This document shows positions 52,373-64,000 of a DNA stretch of 64,000 nt, in pieces (position 1 is the stretch's first letter; the number at the start of each line of letters is the position of its first letter). A program made the translations under genes and the position numbers. Source of the stretch: Bugula neritina (Eukaryota; Animalia; Bryozoa). The stretch lies in assembly GCA_964035545.1 (NCBI GenBank), contig OZ037772.1, positions 5,088,233 to 5,152,232 of the forward strand. The letters run 5' to 3'. The notes under the pieces were generated by a model that was given only the letters and a program-made list of their open reading frames with translations, searched no databases and had not been told where the DNA came from.

Positions 52373-52947
52373 TTTTGATAATCTTTTAGTTTTTCTATAT
52401 TATATCAATGACCAACATTTTTGGTTATATAAAAAGACTTTTCTAAGTTTTTTGACAAACACGTAATATATTTTTCAAAGGAATGTGTTGCGAAATGTTT
52501 GAAAAATTTCAACAAAGCTTTCAAGCTTAGCTATATATACACTGCAATGAAAGCTTTTTGCAAATTATATAAAGCTGTCTACAGTACACTCAGTGCTAGC
52601 TTAAAAACTCTGGCACTAATTGGCAATAGCTGCAGTGCTAGTGAACTAGTTTTTACAGAAAAAAGTAAAGAATTTGCTAAAATATTGTTGAATACAATTG
52701 TTAATATTGTTTATTTATTTTAAAGGTTATAGTAATGATTATATAAGTTTTTGAATTGATTGTAGCCTTAACATTCTCATCCAGGTGTTATATTGGTGTA
52801 TTGTAATTGATAAAGAAAATAATTGAATGACTGAAGGTCAAATTAAAATCACTATAAACCAGCATGTTTGACTTAGACTGAAGGGTTTCTCCAGTTTTTG
52901 AAATAACTATGAATGTGTGAAATGTGAAGAAAATTGAAATAAGAAAA

Positions 52948-52956
<9 letters not shown>

Positions 52957-53014
<58 letters not shown>
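52957..53014. repeat. (TA)n microsatellite
   Basis: Direct. Confidence 0.95.
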
Positions 53015-53017
<3 letters not shown>

Positions 53018-54593
53018 GCCATATGTTTATTGATCCTTGGTCTTTCTTACCAACTGGGAAAGTTAGGTTTGGAAGAGTTTTCACAAATATATACCTTTTA
53101 ATTTATTGTATTGAAATATTAACTTTATTCCTTTGTCCTTCAAATGCATGATGTTGTTAAATTTCTACAAATCTTATAAACAAGATATACAAAATTTGTT
53201 GGCAACTTGAATTTCATTTGAAGTAAGACAAACTGGTAAAACCAAACACCACGTTTTACAAATTTCTCATACCTTCAACAAAATTATAATATGTTTGTAT
53301 TTAACATCCCAAAAGTTCAAGCAATATTTTTATTAAAAGACTATTTTTTAGTGAATTTGATATAATTGAATTTAATACTTATTCTCACTTCATGTTCTAA
53401 ACAATTTATTGCGAAGCTATAGCATAGAATTTATTATTCTTGATATTTAGAAAATTTTTATTCACTTTAATAATAAAAAAATTTACACGCAGGAGTTTTA
53501 GCATAATATTTGGGCCATAGATTCAAAATCAAATTAGCACCACTAAAAAAGTAAAAATGAATCTCTACCTAAACTGTAAAATCACCGTTGGCACAAGACA
53601 AGAGAGAGAAATAGCAAAACAATATTAACTACAAAATACAAAAATTCAAACGCTTGACACATAGGACATGTAAAATAGACTCAAATCAAAATATAAAAAA
53701 AATTATGTACATTTCTTAGAGATTCCTATGGTCTAAAAATTCTTTATAACTATAACACGGTTTATTCTAGAGCCACAATATATAAATAATCTAACTTATG
53801 TATATTTATAATTAGTAATAAATAGTAATGATGTGTTAAAATAGTTTTGATGCGCAAGACATTAGCAATAATGCCAAATTATAAAAATCTAGTGACAATT
53901 TGATACAAAATAAATTTAACCGCGTTTAAAAATCACTTGCTCACTAAATTCAATGCATGATAAATGATTTATACAATATAATATATACGTATAATAACTA
54001 TATAGCCAGTTCAAGAGAAGAGATGAAAGTAGGAAAGGTTTTGTACAAATACAACAGCAATGTGTCTAATTATCCCTGCAGTATGTACATCTATTACTAA
54101 TATTGTTTGAACGCTTCTTTCAAAACAGAAGTTAGTTTAAAATATTTTATAGTCAAACTTTAACAGTAAGTCTCTCTACTTTTCAATGAAACGGTTAATA
54201 ATTTTTGTTCTCGTATAACAAGTATAATAGACTAAAATATAACTCAAATATTTACAGTTGCTATGCAGTTAAAATAAGTATAACATAATATTTCCAGACA
54301 TATAATTGCATATTTTAGTTGACATGGCATATATATGAAATTATTATCTAACGTGACATGCTATTTCAGATTATAATGCTAAAAGATGACTTCACTATTA
54401 TACATGAAATTCTATGCATTGTCAAATGCTTTGAGCAGTGAGTGTAAGATTGTCATTTTAATAGGCTAATATCTAACTTTGGCAGTTATATAGAGCAATT
54501 CAATTGGCTAGTATCTGACTATGCCAGTTATGTAGGTGGAGCATTTCAATTGGCTAATATTTGTGAACGTCCTTAGCTGTAGTATTTGGTATT

Positions 54594-56565
54594 CTATTTT
54601 CTGACTCTTGTTTTCACAGCTGTAGACACGCCTTTTCTCATAGCTCCTCCCGCTCCACTACTTCCCATTCTATTGTAGTTACCTCCCCCTACACCCTGAA
54701 AACAAAATTAATCTCATCAACTACAAGCTTTATTCATGCAATTGCAAGATATTTGCATCACAGAGCTGAAATTAAAACAATATGCAACAAGACTAAATAC
54801 TGTGTTTTTAAAAATAATTTTATGTGTAAGATGTAACATTACATATCATTTAATATGCTGCACTATATCATTATAATATATAATATATTACATGTTATAA
54901 TATTGTGATGTGCTATTCTTATGACATATATTATGCTATAATAAATATCATTTTGAATTAAGTCAACTTATCACTATATGCAGTTTGACTTAGTAGATCA
55001 GAGTATGTTATTAATTTGTATTATTTTATTGCGTAAATTGGATAATGACAACCTTGGCTATGATTCTAAGATAAGCATTGAGTGTAGCTATACTAGAGAA
55101 CTTACCAGTGACACTCACTAATAGTCTTCCCAGCTAGTATAGTATCAATTAGTAATAAACAGTAGTATTATAGCTAGTAATGTTGAGTAACATTACTATT
55201 TAGTAGTATGACAACTGGTAATGTTAAATAGCAGTAAAACTAATTAATAGTATTATAGTACCAACTATACAGTAAAAGCAGCAACTAATAGTAGTACTAA
55301 CTAGCACTAGTACTAACTATAGAAGTAGTACTAACAAGTAACAGTATACTAACTATAGTAGTAGTACTAAATGGTTGTAATACTAACTATACTAGTAGTA
55401 CTAAGTAATAGTACTAATATATAGTAGTACTATATAACTAGTATAACCTGACTCAAAGCTGCTACTCACTGTGTTTGTGGTACCCACTCGGTACGGGTCG
55501 GTAAAATTGCTAAAACCTTTTCCCCTTGGACCATTATCTGCAAACTTGCCCATGTAGTTCTTGTTGGTGCTGTACTGGCTGTTGTAACCAGGAAGCTTGG
55601 TGTCTGTAAACAGCATTATTAGTGGCCATTAAAAATGTCTTTAGATCGAAAAGATAAAATATTTCATTTAATTGTTCAAATTTCAACACTCAATAATCAC
55701 TTTGGCTCTATTAGGAATACAAATAGACAACTATAATTATGGTAAATATAGCTAAATCATTAATAGCATGTGCAAGCAATATACTAAATGTTTGCTCATA
55801 TAATTTATGACATAACAAGTGTAAAAAGAACAATGTACTATTTGTATATATTAAAGTTGGGCAAATGGGGGCCCAGGGGCACCTGGAGCCCCTTGTTTAT
55901 TTGTCAGTGGTCTTTTTAATGCTTAAGATAGGTAAAGACTGTTATATGCATTATAATTAGCACAGCAAAAGTTTGGTGACAAACTACTTTATTATAAAAA
56001 ATTCCACATGTGTTCAATCATGTAGCCCTTCGTTTTGGCTGACATTTGAACCTGGCCCTCATACAAAAGAAGTAGCCCATATCCTTGCTATATAGTACGT
56101 TCTCATTCAATTACTTGTAATTTGATTATAACTTACAATTGTAGATTGTAATATATTAGTAATGTAATTTTTTTTTCATTTCAGCCATTTTGAAAACTCA
56201 TCAATAATTTATTTGTATCCTATATAAACTGTATTCTTTATTTTATTGACCTGCAATAATTGTAGAGTTCGGTCTATCCAAAATCATTTAGGAACAGTAG
56301 TGGAGAAATTGAGATAGCCTAAGTTCTTTAAATTTTGTTATAACTTTTGGCTTGGGGTGCAAGTTGAAATTTTAGCGAGAACATAACTTATTTTACTACA
56401 TCTCTAATCTAGATCACAGGCTTGTCTCAAATTCTCCATTACTGCACCTACCCCTCCAAAATCAAGTCTTTAGATACTGAAAAACAATGACTCACTGTTT
56501 TTGTTTTTATCTTTAGCAATCAGGGCAGCTGTAGGTGCATCTTCAGAGTCCAAGGGGATTGGTTG
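54594..56565 (-). CDS. In-frame C-terminal extension of the innexin beyond the TGA (readthrough and/or alternative donor)
   Basis: 56565-56496 (QPIPLDSEDAPTAALIAKDKNKN, A|gtgagt), exon 55603-55470 (NTKLPGYNSQY...RVGTTNT|gtgagt), exon 54695-54594 (GVGGGNYNRMG...KTRVRK*); phases 1 and 0 match and there are no internal stops. Confidence 0.7.
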
Positions 56566-59500
56566 TCATAAGGGGTTGGTTATTCGAACCTCCTCACCCC
56601 CGGGGTCGTGGGTCGCACCCAGTAGCTTCGGCGCATTTTTATCTGGAGCAATTGGTGATTCTGGACGAAATATCTTGGAGCGGTATGCCACAAAGTTGTC
56701 GTACATAGCTGTCACTATCTCACCTGGAAACAGACATACATAATAGAATAAAACAACTGCCCATTTATTTGTAAATTAACTTGCATTGAATTTGGGATAA
56801 ATATTAATTTTCAAAGAACATTTTAGCGAAAGTTGTGTATAATATGCTGTTGTCATAATGTTGAGGAAATAACTTGATTCGTTCATCAATAATTAACTTA
56901 GGAGTCAGAAAATTTAACTGGCTTAAAGATTAACCAAATGCAAGACCTGTTACTAAATAATAAACCAATAGTTGAATCTGTAACCTAATTACTGACTAAA
57001 AGGCAAGTCTGTAGCTAACTAATTAACCAATCATTGAGTCTGTAACTAAATAACCAACAAATAGTGAGGTATGTGACTAAATAACTAACCAATCATTGAG
57101 TCTGTAACTAAATAACCAACCAATAGTGAGGTCTGTGACTAAATAACTAACTAATCATTGAGTCTGTAACTAAATAACTAACCAATAGTGAGGTCTGTGA
57201 CTAAATAACTAACCAATCATTGAGTATGTAACTTAATAACTAACCAATAGTCAGGTCTGTGACATTCTTAGATATAAGCCAGAGTACCAGCACTCCATCT
57301 AGCCTGAGATATCTCTGTACAAAATCTCTCCTTAGCTCCTTTTCATATGGATTATTTCTCCCCATTATTTTTAGATATTTGCTAACATATCTGTAATAAA
57401 AGAATATTCAGAGTGCATTGTAATTCTCTGAAGCTACAGTTGTAAACGCATATCAAATTAAATACTTTTGTTTTATTACACGGTTTTAGAACTGATGCAC
57501 CAACATTGTACATAACATATACAGCCTATTTATATATAATGTCCTGTAATAGAGACAGATCAAATAATGACCCAAAATAAATACAAGTTAGAAGGAAGTA
57601 TTCAACTACATTTATAAAAGAGTTTTGCTTTTTTTAAATGATATAATTTTTTCATAAATACGACATCAATATTCACTCTTTTATGAGTTAATGTAAAATT
57701 TTCAAATGCTATAACAAGTGCCGATTGATAGGAAAAAGAACTTCAGTTCTTGATTGACGTAAAGTAGTTTGCAGTAGCTGTAGCCTTAAACACATGTAAA
57801 AAGATAATTATTGTTCTTGCTTAAAATTTGTGTTGAATTTTCTACCTTTTGTTGAGTGGTGCTATAAATATAGGTATGTAGGTAAGGAGGCCAATGATGG
57901 ACATGGTGGCTACCAGACAGTTCCACCACCAGAGGAACAGGTAAATCTTCTCATTGAACAGGTTGATGGGGAGGACACACTGCACCACGTACTGGTGGAT
58001 ATTGTCTCCTAGTCGGCGAATCTGGAACAGGTAATCAGGTTTAAGAAATTGATCAGAACTTCAAAGTTTGAGTTCTTTAACCATACAATTGTAACTTAAA
58101 ATTTCTTACAAAATTTAAATTTTAACTTTTCTTCAAATTATTTTGATTATTTTAAAACATCAAACAACTTTTTTTCGCTTTGGGCTTTTTAGACTTGAAT
58201 ATCAAATTTTCTTTTTGAGATTATTTCATTCATGAGACATATTTCTGCAAAAAGGTTTTGATCGGAATTTAGCAAGTAAATGTAAAAAATTGAAGCATAG
58301 AATATTTATCATTATTCAGCCTGCATCTTACAACTGAATATAATTTTGCCTCCACTGGGAATCGAACCCGAGACCTCTGGCTTGCATGCAAGTGTGCTAA
58401 CCATTGCACAACTGGGACCACTCGGTTAAACTCATCACTACATACAATAACGAGTTGTACCTTAAAGTAACAGAGTGTCACTCTTGGGAAGAATGGACTT
58501 TCATGCCACTGCTCTCCTTTAATGGCTAACATTAGTACATTGTAGCCATACATTGTGTAGCCTTGGCCAATTATAGCATTCATCAGATAGAGTTGACCAA
58601 CCGCATTCCCTGTAACAGAAAGAGCAGATTCAATTCACGTGACTAACACTACATGAGTCACAGCTGGAAGTCAGAGAAGTCTTCTAGTAAAATTGCAATC
58701 TCCTTTTAGTCCATTTTGAATTTTGATGACAATGTTTTACAAGTTACAGTGAAGGAATAAATAAAAAATCTTCTCAGTAAATGTTGAAAAGGCAAAGTAA
58801 AAAGACTCACCTATAAAGCAGAGTTTAACTATGAAGTAAACCAGAACAAGATGGCAGCCATATCTCTTACCAAACCGGATGTTGGCTTTATTCTCCATCT
58901 TTTTTCTTGCATTAGCAAACCACCCTGTACAATGTAATTGAGCAAATTAATGAAGCATGCTTGGCCTTGTGAAAAAATAAAATTACCTTACCACCTATAT
59001 TATATCACTATATTTTTGCTTCAAATTGCTTTTTATTGTTTTTAGCTGAATAGCTGGAATGGTATTTGCTTTTTAGTATTTGATGAGACTTTGACGTTTT
59101 GATTTGATACTCTGTTTAGTTGCAGATAATTCAACATAATGTATGATAATATCTATATACGTTTAACTTGCTAAGTGAAATAGATTCTGTTTACAAACTA
59201 TTCTGTCACCACATGTAACTGGCATAAATGTTTCATAAATTGAATTTCATAAAATAAAATTTTGAAGCAGTGTGAATGCATAATCGAAATTTAAATTATA
59301 TGCATCAATGCTAGCGTTTTAAGCAGTTTACTCTTCCTTCATTACAGAAATCAGCTTAAGAGATATTAGAAAAAAATTTAAATTAAAATTTAGTTGGTTT
59401 TCATTCACGGAGTGACACAGGACATAGTAAACATGAATAACACATAAATGACTAATTACGTAGACATTAGATTTGGTGGAGAGGTTGATGATGAAGTTAT

Positions 59501-61982
59501 TTTACCTCTTCTGTACTCTTATTGGTTCCCTAGCAACCAATTCTCCTTGTAGTATCATTGGTTCCCTAGTAACCTAACTTTTCTGTGCCCCCATTGGTTC
59601 CCTAGTAACCTACCTACTCTGTATTCTTATTGGTTCCCTAGCAACCTACCTACTCTGCAGTCTCATTGGTTCCTTAGTAACCTACTTTCTCTGTATTCCC
59701 AACAACCTACCTTCTCTATACTCCCGCCTGTATCCTAGCAACCTGTCCATTTGATTACTAATAAACTTTATTAGTCTGTCTCTGTTCTCAGGGTTTATAT
59801 TTTCTGGAGAGTTGCACATCTGGACAGCTCGGTTTACTCCATAACCTGAAATAATTTGTGAGGGAAAGTTATTCTCATTATAACCTAAATGTAATTGTTT
59901 ATTCTGACAATAAAATTTATTTGCTAACTTTGTTACTTTTGAGCAACGAAAACTCTCATGAAGTTAGCATTAAGTCTTAGTGCGCTGTGATATGAGTGGG
60001 CTAAAGGAAGTAAACATCAATTGCTAAATTTTTTTAGCTACTTTTTAAAAATATAACATTTTTCTTTTGTAGAAAAAAAAAAATTTTTAATCTACATATA
60101 GCAGTTTACCATAAGGCGGATTGGTGTAGATATGTTATAGCATATATAGATATTATGTTATAGCAGAGGTATGCTATAGTAAAGCTATGATATAGTATAT
60201 GACAATGTGCTACAGTACAAACATGTTATAGCAGAGGTATGCTATAGTAAAGCTATGATACAGTATATGACTATGTGCTACAGCACAGACATGCTATAGC
60301 ATCTCACCTGCATGATGGGTTGCAAACCCCCAACAGATACTTGGGAAGGCGAAGAGAAATGCCTGCATGACCAGTATAAGGGGAGTCCACTGGTAGTAGC
60401 TAATTTCATTGTCATACAGATTTATATCATCCGCCCCTGAGAAAGATTAGTAAAAATATTATATATATATATGTTTTCTATCATCATCGAATTATAATAT
60501 AAGTCATAGCATAGTGTATATATCGGCATATCCACTGTAGTGTTGAGTTTACCCAGTGGCCTCCGTGGTGTAATGGTTAGCACACTTGCTTGCAAGCCAG
60601 AGGACTCAGTTTCAATTCCCAGTGGTGGCAATTATTTTACATCCACCTATATGTCTTTCAATAGCATTGCAATACGTTATATGGTATAAACTATAATATT
60701 TAGTGTGCATCCGGAATGGATAATGCAGTGATGAGTTTACTCAGTGGTCCAGGGGTGTAATGGTTAGCACACTTACTTGCAAGCCGGAGGTCTCTGGTTC
60801 GAATCCCGGTGGGGGCAATTATTTTACACATAATGCTTTTAGATAAGTTTCTTAGCAGCATATGTATTTTCTATTAAATCTATTTTCACTTTGATTATGT
60901 ATAGAATCCTCACATAATATGATATCATTTTGGTTTTAATTAATGGCTTTTTCAATTTATAAAGTCCAAATTAGTTTAATACACCATAATATTATTTACC
61001 AATACGAAGTTGTGCCCTCTTACCTGGAATACTTTGATCAAAGGGAACGTAGTATGTGTTCTTAACCCAACACAGTCTGTCTGTATACCGCACCCATTGT
61101 CCGTTGAATTCTGATGGTGTCCAGCAATCAATAGGATCCCCAGCAAACTGGCCTACAAAGTGTTGAAGTAATTTTCAGAATTTCATGCAATTTTATTAAA
61201 ACCGCTTTAATGCACAAAGATGTCTTTTGTATACACATCTCCCTGATTGGACTTATACAAATTTTGGTAATTTGATTGGTGAATTTGACATGTCAAACTC
61301 ACTAATCAAATTACCAAATTTTGCAGTGAGAAAGTTTTGACTACTTTTTATTTTACTATCTCAAACCACCACATCATTTATTGAACTAAGTTAGTTTAAA
61401 AACAGAATAAAAATCTGTCCAATCACATGGAAGAAAATCTGCATGTACCTGAGCAACACCAGCTCGTAAAGAGGTTTATAACCAACGTGCTAGACTAAAC
61501 TGCTAATGTTGTCTTTCTACATATTGTGACTTCTTTGCATTCCCACAAGATTATGCTTTTTATGCCGAAATTATATTCCCAAATTACATGCTGCCAGTAT
61601 ATCATGTCAAGGTAAAGTATCTTCAGGTAAACATACATGTGGAGGCAATCCCAACTGGGGATAAAATCCTACCGGTGGTTACAACAAACCCACTTGTGGA
61701 CACAACCTCACTTGTATGTAAAGACAAGCCCACTTGTATGTAAAGGCAAACCCACCTGTATGTATAAAACAATCCCACCTGTATGTAAAACAAACTTACC
61801 TTTATGTAAAGCAAACTTACCTATGTGGATACAATAAAGACAAACTCACCTGTGGATACAATGACCGCAAACACTATGCAAAGGGCGACAGAGTAACGAC
61901 TGGATATTCTATCAAAGAAGTCGTCATCCCCATGTTTTAATAGCCTCAAACCTTTGTTCAAAGCGTCTAAGATTCCTGACAT
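56566..61982 (-). CDS. Innexin (invertebrate gap-junction protein), 422 aa to the first stop
   Basis: Exons 61982-61850 (MSGILDAL...DDDFFDRISSRYS), 61152-61024 (GDPIDCWTP...CWVKNTY), 60436-60308 (YYQWTP), 59845-59711, 58924-58811, 58609-58461 (FPRVTLC), 58021-57846 (QCVLPINLFNEKIYLFLWWW), 57390-57245 (YLRLDGV), 56723-56566; all phases compatible. Confidence 0.95.
56930..57263 (-). repeat. 31-bp tandem array copied from the innexin exon-8 end + donor site
   Basis: Unit GTCACAGACCTCACTATTG|GTTAGTTATTTA versus exon end GTCACAGACCTGACTATTG|gttagttattaa. Confidence 0.9.
58335..58442 (-). mobile_element. Solo tRNA-containing LTR
   Basis: TGTAGTGATGAG...GGTTCGATTCCCAGTGGAGGCAAAATTATATTCA; tacaa present at both flanks (1 nt offset on one side). 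Confidence 0.65.
59500..59745 (-). repeat. ~37-bp tandem array related to the innexin exon-4 end + donor site
   Basis: Unit GGTTGCTAGGGAACCAATAAGAATACAGAGTAG|GTAG versus exon GGTTGCTAGGATACAGGCGGGAGTATAGAGAAG|gtag. Confidence 0.8.
60536..60641 (+). mobile_element. Solo tRNA-containing LTR with perfect 5-bp TSD
   Basis: tccac|TGTAGTG...ATTTTACA|tccac. Confidence 0.8.
60724..60828 (+). mobile_element. Solo tRNA-containing LTR
   Basis: gataa|TGCAGTG...ATTTTACA|cataa; clear A-box-like sequence and B box GGTTCGAATCC. Confidence 0.75.
61625..61862 (-). repeat. ~22-bp tandem array copied from the innexin exon-1 end + donor site
   Basis: Repeated ...ACAG|GTGAGTTTG / ATAG|GTAAGTTTG / ACAG|GTGGG units, including a second ATTGTATCCACA. 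Confidence 0.8.
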
Positions 61983-62707
61983 CTGCAATAATATATTGAG
62001 ATCTCAGGCTAATGTAACTGAACAACTTTATATATCTGTCATAAGTCATAGTCTTGGCAGTAGTCCAGGTCTAATATTCACAATGATTGTTTAAAACTGC
62101 ACATTACTGTGGGTTGGAATTTGTTAAAACACCGTGTATCTCTATTGCAGCTTTATATCTAATGATAAACAGTACATAGCAGTCTGCACAGCTAGGGTAT
62201 TGAAGATTGCAGTTAAAATTTTGAGAAGACGGAATATGAATATATCACAGAAGCAGTAATGACATCATCAAGAGCAGTTCTGAAGCTGGAGCTGTTGGCC
62301 TAGCATATATATATAGTGTGAGTAAATCATTCTGAGTCAACAGCTCAACTATAACTGCAATTGATAGAGAGAAAGGCACTCTACGTAGATGTCACTGTAG
62401 CTGTCAATTTCAATGTAGATGTCTTTGCAACTTGAACCACTTTGCCCCCCACTGATTGCAAGTAGGCGTGCTAACCATTACACCACATGGACTATAACTG
62501 GGTAATCTCAACATCCAGTAATAATGACACATGTCAATATTACTGTAAATGTAAAGTCACTGTAGATGTCAATGCCAGTGTAGATGTTATTAATAACATG
62601 CTAATGTGAATATCAGTATAAATGTAGATATAAATGCATACAAAAACTATTTAGTTTAAATCATATAATTGTAATGTATATCCTAATATATAGGCAGTAG
62701 TAAGTAC

Positions 62708-62814
62708 TGTAGTGTTAGATGTAAAAACTAGTCGCTGTGGTGTAATGGTTAGCACGCCTGCTTGCATGTTAGAGGATTCAGGTTCGAATCCCAGTGAAGG
62801 CAATTTTTTTTATA
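62708..62814 (+). mobile_element. Solo tRNA-containing LTR with perfect 5-bp TSD
   Basis: agtac|TGTAGTG...TTTTATA|agtac; a partial inverted copy lies at ~62440-62518. Confidence 0.75.
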
Positions 62815-63684
62815 AGTACATATTATATGAAAATACAGACTTGAGAATGAAAAGGCTATTAGAAAATACAAACAGTTGCTGACCTTAGCCCAAAGTTGGC
62901 TAGTTGCCAAAGCTATAGATGAGTCTTTTAAACAAACAGGTGAACAGCATGTAAAACAAGTGGAATAGCCACTCCGTACACCTACACAAGCATCTTCAGT
63001 TACGTAATCTAAATATCTTTAGCAATCAACCTAACTAGAAATGACTATAATGCAATTTTTATTGTCTTTAGAAGCTAAATCATCATTAATTCTGCAATAT
63101 AAATGGCCAGTGATACACTGAGTTGAGTAATTAGCCAAGATAGCAGTCAGTTACAGGAAGACCAATTAAACAGCAGAGAACCAGGTAAAATATTCATTCA
63201 TAATACAAAAACTTGGTTTATCGCCAGACATTGCATCAGCCAAGTCTAGCTGCGGTGATAAGAAAGCAATCTGCAGCTAACAAACAAATGAGATAGAAAA
63301 AACTTATCATTTAAACACTATAATAGCAATTTTCAAACACAATATTGACTTCAAACTCACCAGCTGTTATAAATACTGTTTACTCGGCAGCGAGACTTTA
63401 GAAATACACCTTTCTGAGAGTCAGCATGCAAATGAAGTGTTGAAACCCCAAATGATGCAGTTGTTGATATTTATAATATTGGAAATGTAGCCATGTATTA
63501 TTGATTACGTAGTTTGGAATATTTCCAAGTACACTCGTGATGGTGATTGAAGTAACTATACTTAGCATGCATAATGCAGTGTAAGTGCCTAATAAGACTG
63601 TATATTTAGCTTACATCATCATCCTTACATCACACGAGGATGATTATTTTACTCTTGATAAAAAAACTTACACAAGTTTACAGT

Positions 63685-63863
63685 CACCATCCCTGTGAGA
63701 AAACCCCTGGTGGAATTTATAGTTTCTTGTTAAATCAGATTAGGCACAGGAGCAATTATGACTAGATGCTCTTCCTAACATCACCAATAGCTTTTGTCGG
63801 GCTGAGCCCATGACTTCGTGTTTATTAGGCAAGCCCTTTAACCCCTAGATCACAGCTGCTCCT
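63685..63863 (-). mobile_element. SINE-like repeat, second copy of 9872-10056
   Basis: Shared internal sequence. Confidence 0.55.
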
Positions 63864-64000
63864 TGTTTTATGCTTAAGATAATTATTGGAATATATCTAA
63901 TATTTGTTAAGGATGTTGTGAGTTGTAAGATCTGCCAGTTTTTGTCCTGAATTAACAAAAGAGAATTAGTCTCATTTATGAGTAAAACATTTTCATAGTT

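Noticed and set aside
56566-56568. Selenocysteine recoding of the innexin UGA
   Set aside because: The codon lies in a low-complexity tail, not at a Cys/redox position, and I recognised no SECIS element (not formally searched).
60745-60817. Functional tRNA-Ala(TGC) genes
   Set aside because: Copies are mutually divergent with broken stems and sit inside TG...CA units with TSDs; they are better explained as LTR-embedded tRNA-derived sequence.
63361-63430. Non-coding first exon of the innexin
   Set aside because: A GTGAG donor is present and the ATG directly follows an acceptor, so it is plausible, but it cannot be supported without transcript data.

Overview
AT-rich, intron-containing genomic DNA from an invertebrate animal (innexin, F-type lectins, GT-AG introns). 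Most of the supplied ORF track is noise, so genes were rebuilt by hand from splice sites and reading phase. Left to right: (1) a complete endophilin-B gene (+, 204-12604) with two phase-identical, apparently mutually exclusive exons encoding alternative N-halves of the SH3 domain. (2) A ~38-kb rearranged accessory block. Two inverted arms (about 14.4-19.3 kb and 39.3-52.5 kb) each carry a divergent, TM-less Bcl-2-fold gene (left intact, right frameshifted) plus an orphan but intact lectin last exon. They enclose three secreted PAN/apple + F-type-lectin genes and a fourth truncated copy. (3) A complete innexin gene (-). Its UGA sits in a CARYYA readthrough context and is followed by ~100 more in-frame codons over two extra spliced exons, and three of its introns start with tandem copies of their own exon/donor junction. 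Mobile DNA includes a full Ty3/Gypsy element (LTRs, ATAT TSD, tRNA-Leu PBS, -1 frameshift signal), a deleted relative, RTE LINE fragments and TIR MITEs. Two small non-coding elements stand out: a TRIM-like LTR element whose ~105-bp LTRs contain a tRNA-like Pol III module (two-LTR and solo forms, 5-bp TSDs), and a ~270-bp hammerhead-ribozyme element found only in (TA)n tracts. All calls are by eye; no database searches were run.
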